Part shown: in pieces, positions 18,428 through 27,152 of the stretch
How positions within the stretch are numbered: position 1 is the first letter of the stretch
Layout of the letters: every line of letters starts with the position of its first letter
Assembly (NCBI GenBank): GCA_007135125.1
Contig: SLJK01000057.1
Location: 3,612 to 67,611 of the forward strand
Source: Syntrophomonadaceae bacterium
GTDB lineage: Bacteria > Bacillota > Dethiobacteria > DTU022 > UBA8154
Direction of reading: 5' to 3'
Length of the DNA: 64,000 bases
The notes under the pieces: generated by a model
The model's database searches: none
What the model was told of the DNA's origin: nothing
The model's input: only the letters and a program-made list of their open reading frames with translations
Position numbers and translations under genes: made by a program

Positions 18428-19740
18428 GGGGATTAGATCTAATCTTAAAAAAAAGAAATGGTGAAAGCCTTTCACCCGATGAAATAAATTTTTTGGTTAA
18501 GCAATTCAATGAAGGCGTTATCCCTGATTACCAGATGGCTGCATTATTAATGGCAGTTTTTTTTCAAGGTTTCAGTAATAAAGAAACAAACGCACTTACT
18601 ACTGCCCTGGCAAGTTCTGGAGAAATGCTCGATTTTTCATTTTTGAGCGATATTGTGGTAGATAAACACAGCAGTGGGGGGGTTGGTGACAAAGTAACTT
18701 TGATCCTGGCACCTCTGGTTGCAGCTGCTGGGATTCCGGTTGCCAAACTTTCAGGCCGCAGTCTTGATTTTACAGGGGGCACTATTGACAAACTGGAAAG
18801 TATTCCCGGCTTTAATGCAAATCTTTCTATTGACCGTTTTATGGAGCTGGTCAGTGAACACGGGCTTGCTATTATGGCCCAAACAGACAGGATTACCCCT
18901 GCCGAAGGCAAACTGTACGCTCTGAGAGATGCTACAGGGACAGTTGATGACATTTCTCTTATTGCTGCATCTATCATGAGTAAAAAAATCGCTGCAGGTG
19001 CCAGCGCCATCTTACTGGATGTCAAAACAGGCAGCGGAGCCTTTATGCAGAGTAAAGATGAAGCATTTCATCTTGCTGAAACGATGATACGTATCGGAAA
19101 AGATCTGGGAAAACGTACAGTTGCCTTGATTACGGACATGAATCAACCCCTGGGATTTGCTGTCGGTAACGCTCTGGAGGTAAAAGAGGCAGTACATGTA
19201 TTACAGGGAGAAGGGCCGCGAGATGTAGAGCAGCTTTGCTTGATTCTAGGCGGGTACCTCATGGCTCTAACAGGCAAGGTCAGGAATGCGGAAGAAGGTC
19301 AGGTTCAATTATCCAGGCTCATCAACAGTGGGGCGGCCTATGAAAAATTCAAGCAACTAGTTGTGGCACAAGGTGGAGATAAAGCTTTTCTGGAGGATCT
19401 GTCACTGTTACCAAAAGCATCATATATACAGGAGATTCATGCCGGCAAGGATGGCTACCTGGTTGAAATTGACGCAAAAAGGGTTGGAAAAGCTGTATCA
19501 CTGCTGGGAGCAGGTCGCGCTTCTAAAGAACAGCAAATTGATCATGCAGTAGGGTTGGTATTAAACCACAAGGTGGGTGACAGCATCATAAAAGGTGAAA
19601 CGCTTGCATTTATACACAGCAATAATCAGGAAAACTTTGGAACTGCATTGAAAGAGTTATCCAATGCTTTTTCAATCAAAGCCGAAGCGGTTGAGATCCC
19701 ACCCCTTGTATATGGTGTGGTACCACCATTTCCCAGTTAA
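18424..19740 (+). CDS. pdp: Pyrimidine-nucleoside (thymidine) phosphorylase
   Basis: 438 aa with glycosyltransferase family 3 motifs (DKHSSGGVGDK). Start overlaps the deoB stop. Confidence 0.85.
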   Translation: MRGLDLILKKRNGESLSPDEINFLVKQFNEGVIPDYQMAALLMAVFFQGFSNKETNALTTALASSGEMLDFSFLSDIVVDKHSSGGVGDKVTLILAPLVAAAGIPVAKLSGRSLDFTGGTIDKLESIPGFNANLSIDRFMELVSEHGLAIMAQTDRITPAEGKLYALRDATGTVDDISLIAASIMSKKIAAGASAILLDVKTGSGAFMQSKDEAFHLAETMIRIGKDLGKRTVALITDMNQPLGFAVGNALEVKEAVHVLQGEGPRDVEQLCLILGGYLMALTGKVRNAEEGQVQLSRLINSGAAYEKFKQLVVAQGGDKAFLEDLSLLPKASYIQEIHAGKDGYLVEIDAKRVGKAVSLLGAGRASKEQQIDHAVGLVLNHKVGDSIIKGETLAFIHSNNQENFGTALKELSNAFSIKAEAVEIPPLVYGVVPPFPS

Positions 19741-19783
19741 AAATATTTTCAACGGCTTTGCCTAAAAGGATAAAAACCTATAT

Positions 19784-20923
19784 ATGAATAATATCACTCC
19801 CCTAATAAATGAAACGCTTTCCAGGGAAATGCAGTCTACCTTATTCCTGCTTAGCTCTTATGCACATAGATACTCTTTTACCGTTTACGCGGCAGGCGAT
19901 TTCGTGCGTAACCTTTTGCAGGGCAAAGAAAATCACTACATTAATTTAGTAGTAGAAAATTTTGCTATTGACTATGCCCGCAAACTGACAGAATTATTCC
20001 CAGGAAAAATCCATTGTTGTGACCGTATCGGAACTGCGAGGCTTGTAACCGCAAAAGGAGTAATTCTCGATATGGTAACCGCAAAGGATGAATTTTCCCC
20101 TTTTTCTTCTAATTCTAATGCTAGTGCGAAGGAAGAAAAGGCCAGCTTAAAAAGAAGCCTTTATAACAGGGACTTCACCATTAACGCCATCGCCTGTTCC
20201 CTCAACCGTGATGAGTATGGCAGACTTTATGACTTTTTTGGGGGGCTCCAGGACCTAAGACAACGAGAAATAAGGGTATTTAACAAGTTAAGCTTTGTTA
20301 ACGATCCCCTTCTTCTCCTGCGAGCTCTCTTACTGGCACAAAAGTTATCTTTTAAGTTGGAAGGTGAAACATTTTCTTTACTTCAAAGTGCATGTAAAAA
20401 TCATCAACTGCGTAAAATCAGCAAAGAAAAACTCTACAGAGAAATAGGGCAAATTTTTAATTCTAAGTACCCGTCTAAAATACTTAAGCAGCTGCATTCT
20501 CTGGGAGTACTGAGCTTCATTTTTCCCCGTGTGATATTTGACAGAGATATGATTAATAATATCGGGCGCTTGGAGACATTGTTGTTGGATAATTATTGGA
20601 TCAATAAACGGAATGATTTACATTTGTTCGTAGTTTATTTAAGCTTAATTATGCAAAACCTTTCCGAACACGATAGAAAGTATTTGCTTTATCTACTGAG
20701 GCTTCGAAAGCTTGAACGTCAAAAGATTGTAACCGTGCTTGATTCGCTGCCTCGCATAATAACACAAATAACGGCTCCTGAAATCTCTGAGGCAGATCTT
20801 AATTCACACCTAAAAATATTACCAAGAGAAGGCTTCCCTTTGGTAGAAGCTGTTTCTTGCTCCAGCATTGCAAGCAGGAGGATCAAACGCTACCTGGAAC
20901 ACCTTGATGATATCAAGCAATGA
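19784..20923 (+). CDS. Poly(A) polymerase/CCA-adding enzyme head-domain family protein, predicted catalytically inactive
   Basis: Head-domain similarity (DFTINAIAC). The GGxVRD...DxD motif is replaced by AGDFVRN...NLVVEN. Confidence 0.55.
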   Translation: MNNITPLINETLSREMQSTLFLLSSYAHRYSFTVYAAGDFVRNLLQGKENHYINLVVENFAIDYARKLTELFPGKIHCCDRIGTARLVTAKGVILDMVTAKDEFSPFSSNSNASAKEEKASLKRSLYNRDFTINAIACSLNRDEYGRLYDFFGGLQDLRQREIRVFNKLSFVNDPLLLLRALLLAQKLSFKLEGETFSLLQSACKNHQLRKISKEKLYREIGQIFNSKYPSKILKQLHSLGVLSFIFPRVIFDRDMINNIGRLETLLLDNYWINKRNDLHLFVVYLSLIMQNLSEHDRKYLLYLLRLRKLERQKIVTVLDSLPRIITQITAPEISEADLNSHLKILPREGFPLVEAVSCSSIASRRIKRYLEHLDDIKQ

Positions 20924-20955
20924 TGTAGAAACCTTCTGCACAGAAAGGAGAAAAA

Positions 20956-21606
20956 ATGATGGGACTATTTGGACCAGAAATGCTTTACCGAATTCCGGCG
21001 CTTTTAATTGCCGTAACCTTTCATGAATATGCACATGGTCGTATGGCACTGTTCTGGGGAGATCCCACTGCCAAGAGGCAGGGACGTTTAACACTCAACC
21101 CAATTTCTCACTTAGACCCCATTGGTGCATTGATGGTAATACTTGTGGGTTTTGGTTGGGCAAGGCCAGTGCCTGTTAATCCCTTTAATTTTTACGATCA
21201 AAGAAAAGGAATGTTCTGGGTTTCATTTGCTGGAATTGGAGCCAATCTGATTATAGCATTTATAGGAACATTAATATATTTCGTTTATTTGTTTAGCAGC
21301 CCGGATCCCCTTCTAATTGGCGGCGACGGATTTATTATAAATATAATTTATTCCATAATTGTAATCAATGTTTACCTGGCTATCTTTAACTTGGTACCAC
21401 TGCCACCGCTGGACGGATCAAAAATAATAAGCTCAGTCCTTCCTCCCCGGTATTTGGAACATTATCATGCCATAGAGCCTTATGCACCCATGATTTTGAT
21501 CCTGCTCTTAATAACTGTTTTGCCTGCGATACTCAGACCCATTGCTTTCTTAATTATCAGCGTTTTTGAAGTACTGGCCAGGTTTATGGTGGGGTTGATA
21601 TTTTAA
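20956..21606 (+). CDS. Peptidase M50 (site-2 protease family) membrane metalloprotease
   Basis: HEYAHG (HExxH) in a TM helix. Multiple TM segments. LDGS motif. Confidence 0.7.
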   Translation: MMGLFGPEMLYRIPALLIAVTFHEYAHGRMALFWGDPTAKRQGRLTLNPISHLDPIGALMVILVGFGWARPVPVNPFNFYDQRKGMFWVSFAGIGANLIIAFIGTLIYFVYLFSSPDPLLIGGDGFIINIIYSIIVINVYLAIFNLVPLPPLDGSKIISSVLPPRYLEHYHAIEPYAPMILILLLITVLPAILRPIAFLIISVFEVLARFMVGLIF

Positions 21607-21658
21607 ATACTCAGTGAATTTGTTTTGAATATTTACTTGGAAAGGATGATGTTGCCCT

Positions 21659-22651
21659 TTGACTGCAAAAAAAGGAGTAATTCTTAGCGGAATGCGACCT
21701 ACCGGTAGGCTCCACCTGGGAAATCTGTTTGGAGCCCTGGATAACTGGGTAAAATTACAGGAAGAATATAATTGTTTTTTTTGTGTAGTGGACTGGCACG
21801 CGTTAACAACTGCCTATGAAGATCCTGGTAATATAAGGGAAAACGTGAAGGAGATGGTCATTGACTGGATAAGCTGTGGCCTGGATCCTGAGAAATCAGT
21901 AATATTCAAACAGTCTGACGTAAAAGAGCATGCCGAGCTGCATCTGCTTCTGTCCATGCTAACCCCTATTTCCTGGCTTGAAAGAGTTCCCACCTATAAA
22001 GAACAGATTCAACAAATAGAAGGGCGCAACCTGGCTACTTATGGTTTTCTGGGTTACCCTCTTTTGCAAGCGGCTGATATTATGCTCTACAAGGCAGATG
22101 CAGTTCCCGTAGGTGAAGATCAGGCCCCTCATATTGAGTTCACCAGAGAAATTGCCCGTCGTTTTAACCATCTCTATGAACAGGAAATTTTTCCGGAACC
22201 AGCAACCTTACTGACAGAATATAAGGTTGTTCCAGGAGTGGATAATCGCAAAATGAGCAAAAGCTACAATAACATCATCGAGCTTTCTATTTCACCAGAC
22301 GAGATCTCCAAGCGGGTAAAAATGATGGTTACAGATACAGGTAGGATCAAGAAAAATGATCCTGGCAACCCTCATGTATGCAGCGTTTTCTCATTTCACC
22401 GTATATTTAACAAGGGTAACATGCTTGAGATTGAAGAAAGTTGTCAAAAAGGTCAAATTGGCTGTGTTCAGTGCAAACAGATAGTATCTGACTGGATGAA
22501 AGACCACCTTCAACCTATGTATGCTAAGCGCCGCGAACTTGAAAAAGACCCTCAACTCGTCTGGGAAATGCTTCAAGGAGGCCGGGAAAAAGCAGGGAAA
22601 GTTGCTCGGGAAACTATGGAAGCGGTACGCTCTGCTATGGGGCTTGCATAA
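21659..22651 (+). CDS. trpS: Tryptophan--tRNA ligase
   Basis: HLGN (HIGH-type) and KMSKS (KMSKSYNN) motifs. TTG start. Confidence 0.9.
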   Translation: MTAKKGVILSGMRPTGRLHLGNLFGALDNWVKLQEEYNCFFCVVDWHALTTAYEDPGNIRENVKEMVIDWISCGLDPEKSVIFKQSDVKEHAELHLLLSMLTPISWLERVPTYKEQIQQIEGRNLATYGFLGYPLLQAADIMLYKADAVPVGEDQAPHIEFTREIARRFNHLYEQEIFPEPATLLTEYKVVPGVDNRKMSKSYNNIIELSISPDEISKRVKMMVTDTGRIKKNDPGNPHVCSVFSFHRIFNKGNMLEIEESCQKGQIGCVQCKQIVSDWMKDHLQPMYAKRRELEKDPQLVWEMLQGGREKAGKVARETMEAVRSAMGLA

Positions 22652-22668
22652 GGGAAAGGTTTTCCCGA

Positions 22669-23577
22669 ATGGGGGAAAGAGTAGAAATGAGCTTATTGCC
22701 AGACAGGGTTGAGGGAAGCAAATATAATAACAATAATGTTGAAAACAGTACTTATTATGTTAAATTAGAAGCTTTCGAAGGTCCTTTCGATCTTCTCTAC
22801 CATTTGCTTACCAAAGAAAAAATTGATATCTGGGAAGTTCCTTTGGCATATATTACGGAACAATACTTAAAATATTTGCGGGGGATGCACGAACTCCAGA
22901 TTGCACCGGCAGGAGAATTTCTGGTAATGGCTACGTCCCTCTTACGTCTGAAATCTCGACTTCTTTTGCCACAAAAATCAGCAGGTATTGATGAAAAAGA
23001 GGAAGAAGCTTTTTATTTCGGGTCTAAGGAAGAGCTCGTTAATTCCTTACTTGAATACAAGCGTTTTAAAGAATTGTCTTTTTTTCTCAAGCAGAGGGAA
23101 GAACAACAACAAAAAATATTTTTACGCTCCTGGGGGCCGCCAAAGGTTTTTATTGTTACTCGCCAGTCTACTCTTTTTGCTTATCCACTTGATACTCTGG
23201 AACTAGCCATTCAAAATTTAAAGAAGAAAAAAAGTGCCGAAGAATCATACAATGCTATTCCAGCTCCGGAAGAATTTTCTTTGCGCCAGACTTTCCGGCG
23301 TATCATGGGGATAATTAAAAAGATTACCACTCTAAACTTTAGCTTTCGCGACTGCCTGGAGAAGGGTAACAGGAGCGATGTGGTTCAAACGTTCGCTGCC
23401 CTGTTAGAGCTGGCACGGCGCGGCAAAATATCTTTGCGCCAAGAAAAACTATTTGGAGAAATTTATATTTCGGGCAAAATAAGAAGAAATCAAAAAAAGA
23501 AACAAACCGTCGACCACAATAAAAATATTTTGGAGCGCTCGGGCAGCCGAGCATTTAGAAACGAAAGCCAGTTATAA
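22669..23577 (+). CDS. scpA: Segregation and condensation protein A
   Basis: N-terminal VKLEAFEGPFDLLYHLL motif. Followed by scpB. Confidence 0.85.
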   Translation: MGERVEMSLLPDRVEGSKYNNNNVENSTYYVKLEAFEGPFDLLYHLLTKEKIDIWEVPLAYITEQYLKYLRGMHELQIAPAGEFLVMATSLLRLKSRLLLPQKSAGIDEKEEEAFYFGSKEELVNSLLEYKRFKELSFFLKQREEQQQKIFLRSWGPPKVFIVTRQSTLFAYPLDTLELAIQNLKKKKSAEESYNAIPAPEEFSLRQTFRRIMGIIKKITTLNFSFRDCLEKGNRSDVVQTFAALLELARRGKISLRQEKLFGEIYISGKIRRNQKKKQTVDHNKNILERSGSRAFRNESQL

Positions 23578-23631
23578 TACATTTCACATATCGGATAATT
23601 GTTTAGGGGCGTTTAGGGGGTAACCGGTTGT

Positions 23632-24180
23632 ATGGCGGAAAGAAAACACGATACAGCAGCTTTGATAGAAGCTATTCTTTTTTTAAGTCAAGAGGCGATC
23701 ACTGGTAAAATGTTGCAGGAAATTTGCTCTGTTAACCCGGAAGAAATTGAAAAAGCTCTTCAAAAATTAAGGTGTGAACTACAGAAAACCGACAGAGGGT
23801 TAACTCTCCTGGAAACAGAGGCGGGATTCAGTTTGGGGACAAAACCTGAACTGGCTCCGGTGCTTAATAAGTTGCTGGAGGAAGAACACTCCCTGGCACC
23901 CCTATCTCAAGCTGCCCTGGAGACAATAGCTATCATTGCTATTAAACAACCTGTTACCAGGGTAGAAATAGAACACATCCGTGGGGTAAAAGCAGAGGGT
24001 GTTATTGAAAATCTGCTTAAAAGAGGACTTATACAAATTGCAGGACGCAAAGAAGTCCCTGGGAAACCCTTTTTATATCGTACTACAGATGAGTTCCTGC
24101 ATTATTTTGGATTATCAGATCTGGCTGAACTAGAACATCTGTCCAAAGAGCTGAGTCTCTTAAATCAGGAGAGTAAATAA
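23632..24180 (+). CDS. scpB: Segregation and condensation protein B
   Basis: 182-aa winged-helix protein. Synteny scpA-scpB-rluB. Confidence 0.85.
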   Translation: MAERKHDTAALIEAILFLSQEAITGKMLQEICSVNPEEIEKALQKLRCELQKTDRGLTLLETEAGFSLGTKPELAPVLNKLLEEEHSLAPLSQAALETIAIIAIKQPVTRVEIEHIRGVKAEGVIENLLKRGLIQIAGRKEVPGKPFLYRTTDEFLHYFGLSDLAELEHLSKELSLLNQESK

Positions 24181-24926
24181 TGCAGGAAAAGATCAGATTG
24201 CAAAAATATCTTGCCTCAGCTGGGCTGGCTTCACGACGTGCTGCGGAAGCAATGATTGCAAAAGGACGAGTAAAAGTTGATGGAAAAACAGTTACGCAAC
24301 AAGGAACGAAAGTCGATCCCCATATTAACGAAGTGAGCGTCGATGATCACCCGGTCAGCATGCTAAAAAATAAATATTATTATATTTTATTCAAACCCAG
24401 CGGGTATTTAACCAGCGTTAAGGATCCTTTTAATCGCCCCACAGTAATGGATCTACTACCTAAGAAGAAGGGACTTTTTCCGGTAGGAAGGCTTGATTTT
24501 GACACTACAGGTTTACTGCTGGCCACCAATGATGGGGAAATGGCCTTTCGCATAATGCATCCGCGATACAAGGTGCAGAAAAAGTATTTGGTCCTGGTAA
24601 AGGGTCTTATTTCGTCAAAAGCTCTTTTTTCCTTACGCAGAGGTACGCTTATAGAGGAGGAGATTAAGACTTCTCCGGCCAAAGTACAAGTTATCAACAA
24701 AAAGAGAGATTCGAACGAATCATTGCTGGAATTTATTATTCACGAAGGAAAAAACAGACAAATAAAACGTATGTGTTCTGCAGTAGGACACCCTGTTAAG
24801 TCTCTTCAAAGAACGGGGATTGCTTTTTTAACTCTCGAAGGTTTAGAGCCGGGTTCTTACCGGGCCTTGACTTCAGAAGAGGTAAAAAAACTAACTGAGC
24901 TGACCTTTAACCGCCAAAATGACTAA
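24180..24926 (+). CDS. rluB: Pseudouridine synthase, RsuA/RluB family
   Basis: N-terminal S4 domain (RLQKYLASAGLASRR) and catalytic GRLD motif. TAATG overlap with the scpB stop. Confidence 0.85.
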   Translation: MQEKIRLQKYLASAGLASRRAAEAMIAKGRVKVDGKTVTQQGTKVDPHINEVSVDDHPVSMLKNKYYYILFKPSGYLTSVKDPFNRPTVMDLLPKKKGLFPVGRLDFDTTGLLLATNDGEMAFRIMHPRYKVQKKYLVLVKGLISSKALFSLRRGTLIEEEIKTSPAKVQVINKKRDSNESLLEFIIHEGKNRQIKRMCSAVGHPVKSLQRTGIAFLTLEGLEPGSYRALTSEEVKKLTELTFNRQND

Positions 24927-25046
24927 AAGTAAATAATTAGAAAATTTATGCTCATTAAGCATGAAACTGGCAGGAAACGCCGCATTTTTCTCGAATAACA
25001 ACATATAACAACAATAAGAAGTGCTTAGGCAAGGAAGGGGTTAATT

Positions 25047-25550
25047 ATGCTCAAACCTGGAATTGATTCTTTGGAAAGGGGAAAAAAAGAAAAAAAAGAA
25101 GAACCCCAGGAGCTTCCCAAACAAGAAGAGAAGCTCAAATTCAAGGTGCGCTTTGATTACAAGGGCAAACCAAAGCCAGCCCGCTTTTTCTTCGGTGGCA
25201 AAAGAACAGAAGAAGTAGCCCATGAGATCAGGGAACAACAGCTCGGATTATGGCGTAATGTACCATTACAGGGCATATTTGTAGAGCATATTGATCTGGG
25301 TGATATTTATTTTGTTTACGATGATGATCTAGAAAGCGAAATGGCCTTTGCTCCCCTGGAACTGGTTGTCTCAGCTGATTCCTTTGAAGATATGCTGCGC
25401 TTTATTGTAAGAGAAGAATTTAGACGTATTGAAATACTTGAACCGACCAAAATTGTTTTAAGCACCAGGGAGGCGGAAAGGATGCTTTTTAAAATTAACG
25501 AAATCCTGCAAAACAAACTCTTGACCCGTAAAAGGGAGAATCATCGTTAA
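25047..25550 (+). CDS. Hypothetical protein, Lys/Glu-rich N-terminus
   Basis: 167-aa ORF with RBS GGAAGGGG. No family recognised. Confidence 0.4.
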   Translation: MLKPGIDSLERGKKEKKEEPQELPKQEEKLKFKVRFDYKGKPKPARFFFGGKRTEEVAHEIREQQLGLWRNVPLQGIFVEHIDLGDIYFVYDDDLESEMAFAPLELVVSADSFEDMLRFIVREEFRRIEILEPTKIVLSTREAERMLFKINEILQNKLLTRKRENHR

Positions 25551-25840
25551 AAATGTTTTCAATCTGCGATTAATACTTGTCAAAAAGGGCATAATAATAT
25601 ATGATTACATAAGGAAATTAATTTTAGTTTTTACGATAGTCTTTGGGTTCGTAAAGGGTGGTATAAAAGGTGCAAGTAGTACTCTTGCAAGGTGTTAGAG
25701 GGGAACAGGTGGCTGTTAGTATCCGGGTTTTTATTACACAGTGTCATGATTAATATGTAATTCGTGAACACTGTATGTAAAATATCCGGTTTTTTATTTT
25801 TTGCTTAAAATGAATGTGGGAGAATAAAGCAATGCAAATT

Positions 25841-26563
25841 GCCATAGATGGACCAGCCGGAGCAGGAAAAAGCAGTGTTGCCAGGGAAGTGGCTCGTCGG
25901 CTCAAGCTAGCATATTTAGATACTGGTGCAATGTACCGGGCAGTTACTTTGAAGGCACTGCAAAATAATGTCGATATCACTGACGGAGATGCTTTGGTTC
26001 TCCTTGCCAGGACCTCTAATATGGATATTCAGGTGGATGAGCAAGAGGGCAACCTGATTTATTGGGGTGGGGAAAATATAACAAGGGCAATCAGAAGCCC
26101 TGATGTAAATAAAAATGTTTCTGTGGTAGCCGAATCTCCCGAGCTAAGAAAAGAGCTGGTTTCTCTACAGAGAAAGATTGCTAAAAACGCTGTGGGAATC
26201 GTTATGGAGGGGAGAGACATAGGCACAAATGTTTTGCCTGGCGCTGACTATAAGTTTTTCTTAACTGCACAAGTTAATGAACGTGCCAGGAGGAGATGGA
26301 AAGAAATAAAAGAGAAAGATATTCAGTCAAGCTATTCTTTTGAGGAACTTGTAGAAGAGATTTCTACCCGGGACCGTATAGATCAAGGAAGAGCTGATTC
26401 TCCGCTGCTAATTGCTCCGGGGGCGTATATTCTTGATACAACCCCTTATCCTTTTCAGGAAGTTGTTGAAAAAGTCGTTACAGTGGTAAGAGAAGCTAAA
26501 ACAGCAGCAGAAAACAAAGATAGCAGTACTTGTGACAATGAGGTTAATTCAGATGTTTTATAG
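25841..26563 (+). CDS. cmk: Cytidylate kinase
   Basis: P-loop IAIDGPAGAGKSS. Likely start at ATG 25841 (MQIAIDGP) rather than 25814. Confidence 0.9.
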   Translation, partial: AIDGPAGAGKSSVAREVARRLKLAYLDTGAMYRAVTLKALQNNVDITDGDALVLLARTSNMDIQVDEQEGNLIYWGGENITRAIRSPDVNKNVSVVAESPELRKELVSLQRKIAKNAVGIVMEGRDIGTNVLPGADYKFFLTAQVNERARRRWKEIKEKDIQSSYSFEELVEEISTRDRIDQGRADSPLLIAPGAYILDTTPYPFQEVVEKVVTVVREAKTAAENKDSSTCDNEVNSDVL

Positions 26564-27149
26564 CTTTCTGCACATCTGTTTCCGTTGTTATTTCAAACTA
26601 CTTTTCCGCTACCAGATCTACGGTTCAGAAAACATTCCTTCCACCGGTGCTTTCATAATCTGTTCTAACCATACCAGCTGGTTTGATCCTCCGCTGGTAG
26701 GTTCCATAATACCCAGGGAAAAAAGGGTATATTTTATGGCAAAGGAAGAACTTTTTTCTATTTTTGTCCTTGGAAGAGCGATAAAGATGCTAGGGGCATT
26801 TCCAGTTAAAAGAGATACAGCAGACAGAAAAGCCATTACCAAAGCACTTCAGGTCCTGGAAGAAGGCCATGTGCTGGGCCTTTTTCCCGAAGGAACTCGC
26901 GTAAAAGCAGGAGATATTGGCAAGCCTTTTCACGGGCCCGCACTTATAGCTTTAAAGAGTAAAAAACCGGTGTTACCCATTAACATCAAATGGCCGTCCC
27001 GGTTTTTCAAGCCCCTGCAGGTATACATCGGAAAACCGCTGATTTTTAAGGAAGAAGGAAAAAGTAGAAAAGAGATACTTAACAACATAAGTATGGCAAT
27101 TATGCAAGAAATTAATAAGCTGCACCTGGAATTGCATGAGGAGGAATAA
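26532..27149 (+). CDS. plsC: 1-acyl-sn-glycerol-3-phosphate acyltransferase
   Basis: HxxxxD acyltransferase motif (NHTSWFD) and FPEGTR motif. Confidence 0.8.
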   Translation: MTMRLIQMFYSFLHICFRCYFKLLFRYQIYGSENIPSTGAFIICSNHTSWFDPPLVGSIIPREKRVYFMAKEELFSIFVLGRAIKMLGAFPVKRDTADRKAITKALQVLEEGHVLGLFPEGTRVKAGDIGKPFHGPALIALKSKKPVLPINIKWPSRFFKPLQVYIGKPLIFKEEGKSRKEILNNISMAIMQEINKLHLELHEEE

Positions 27150-27152
27150 TTT

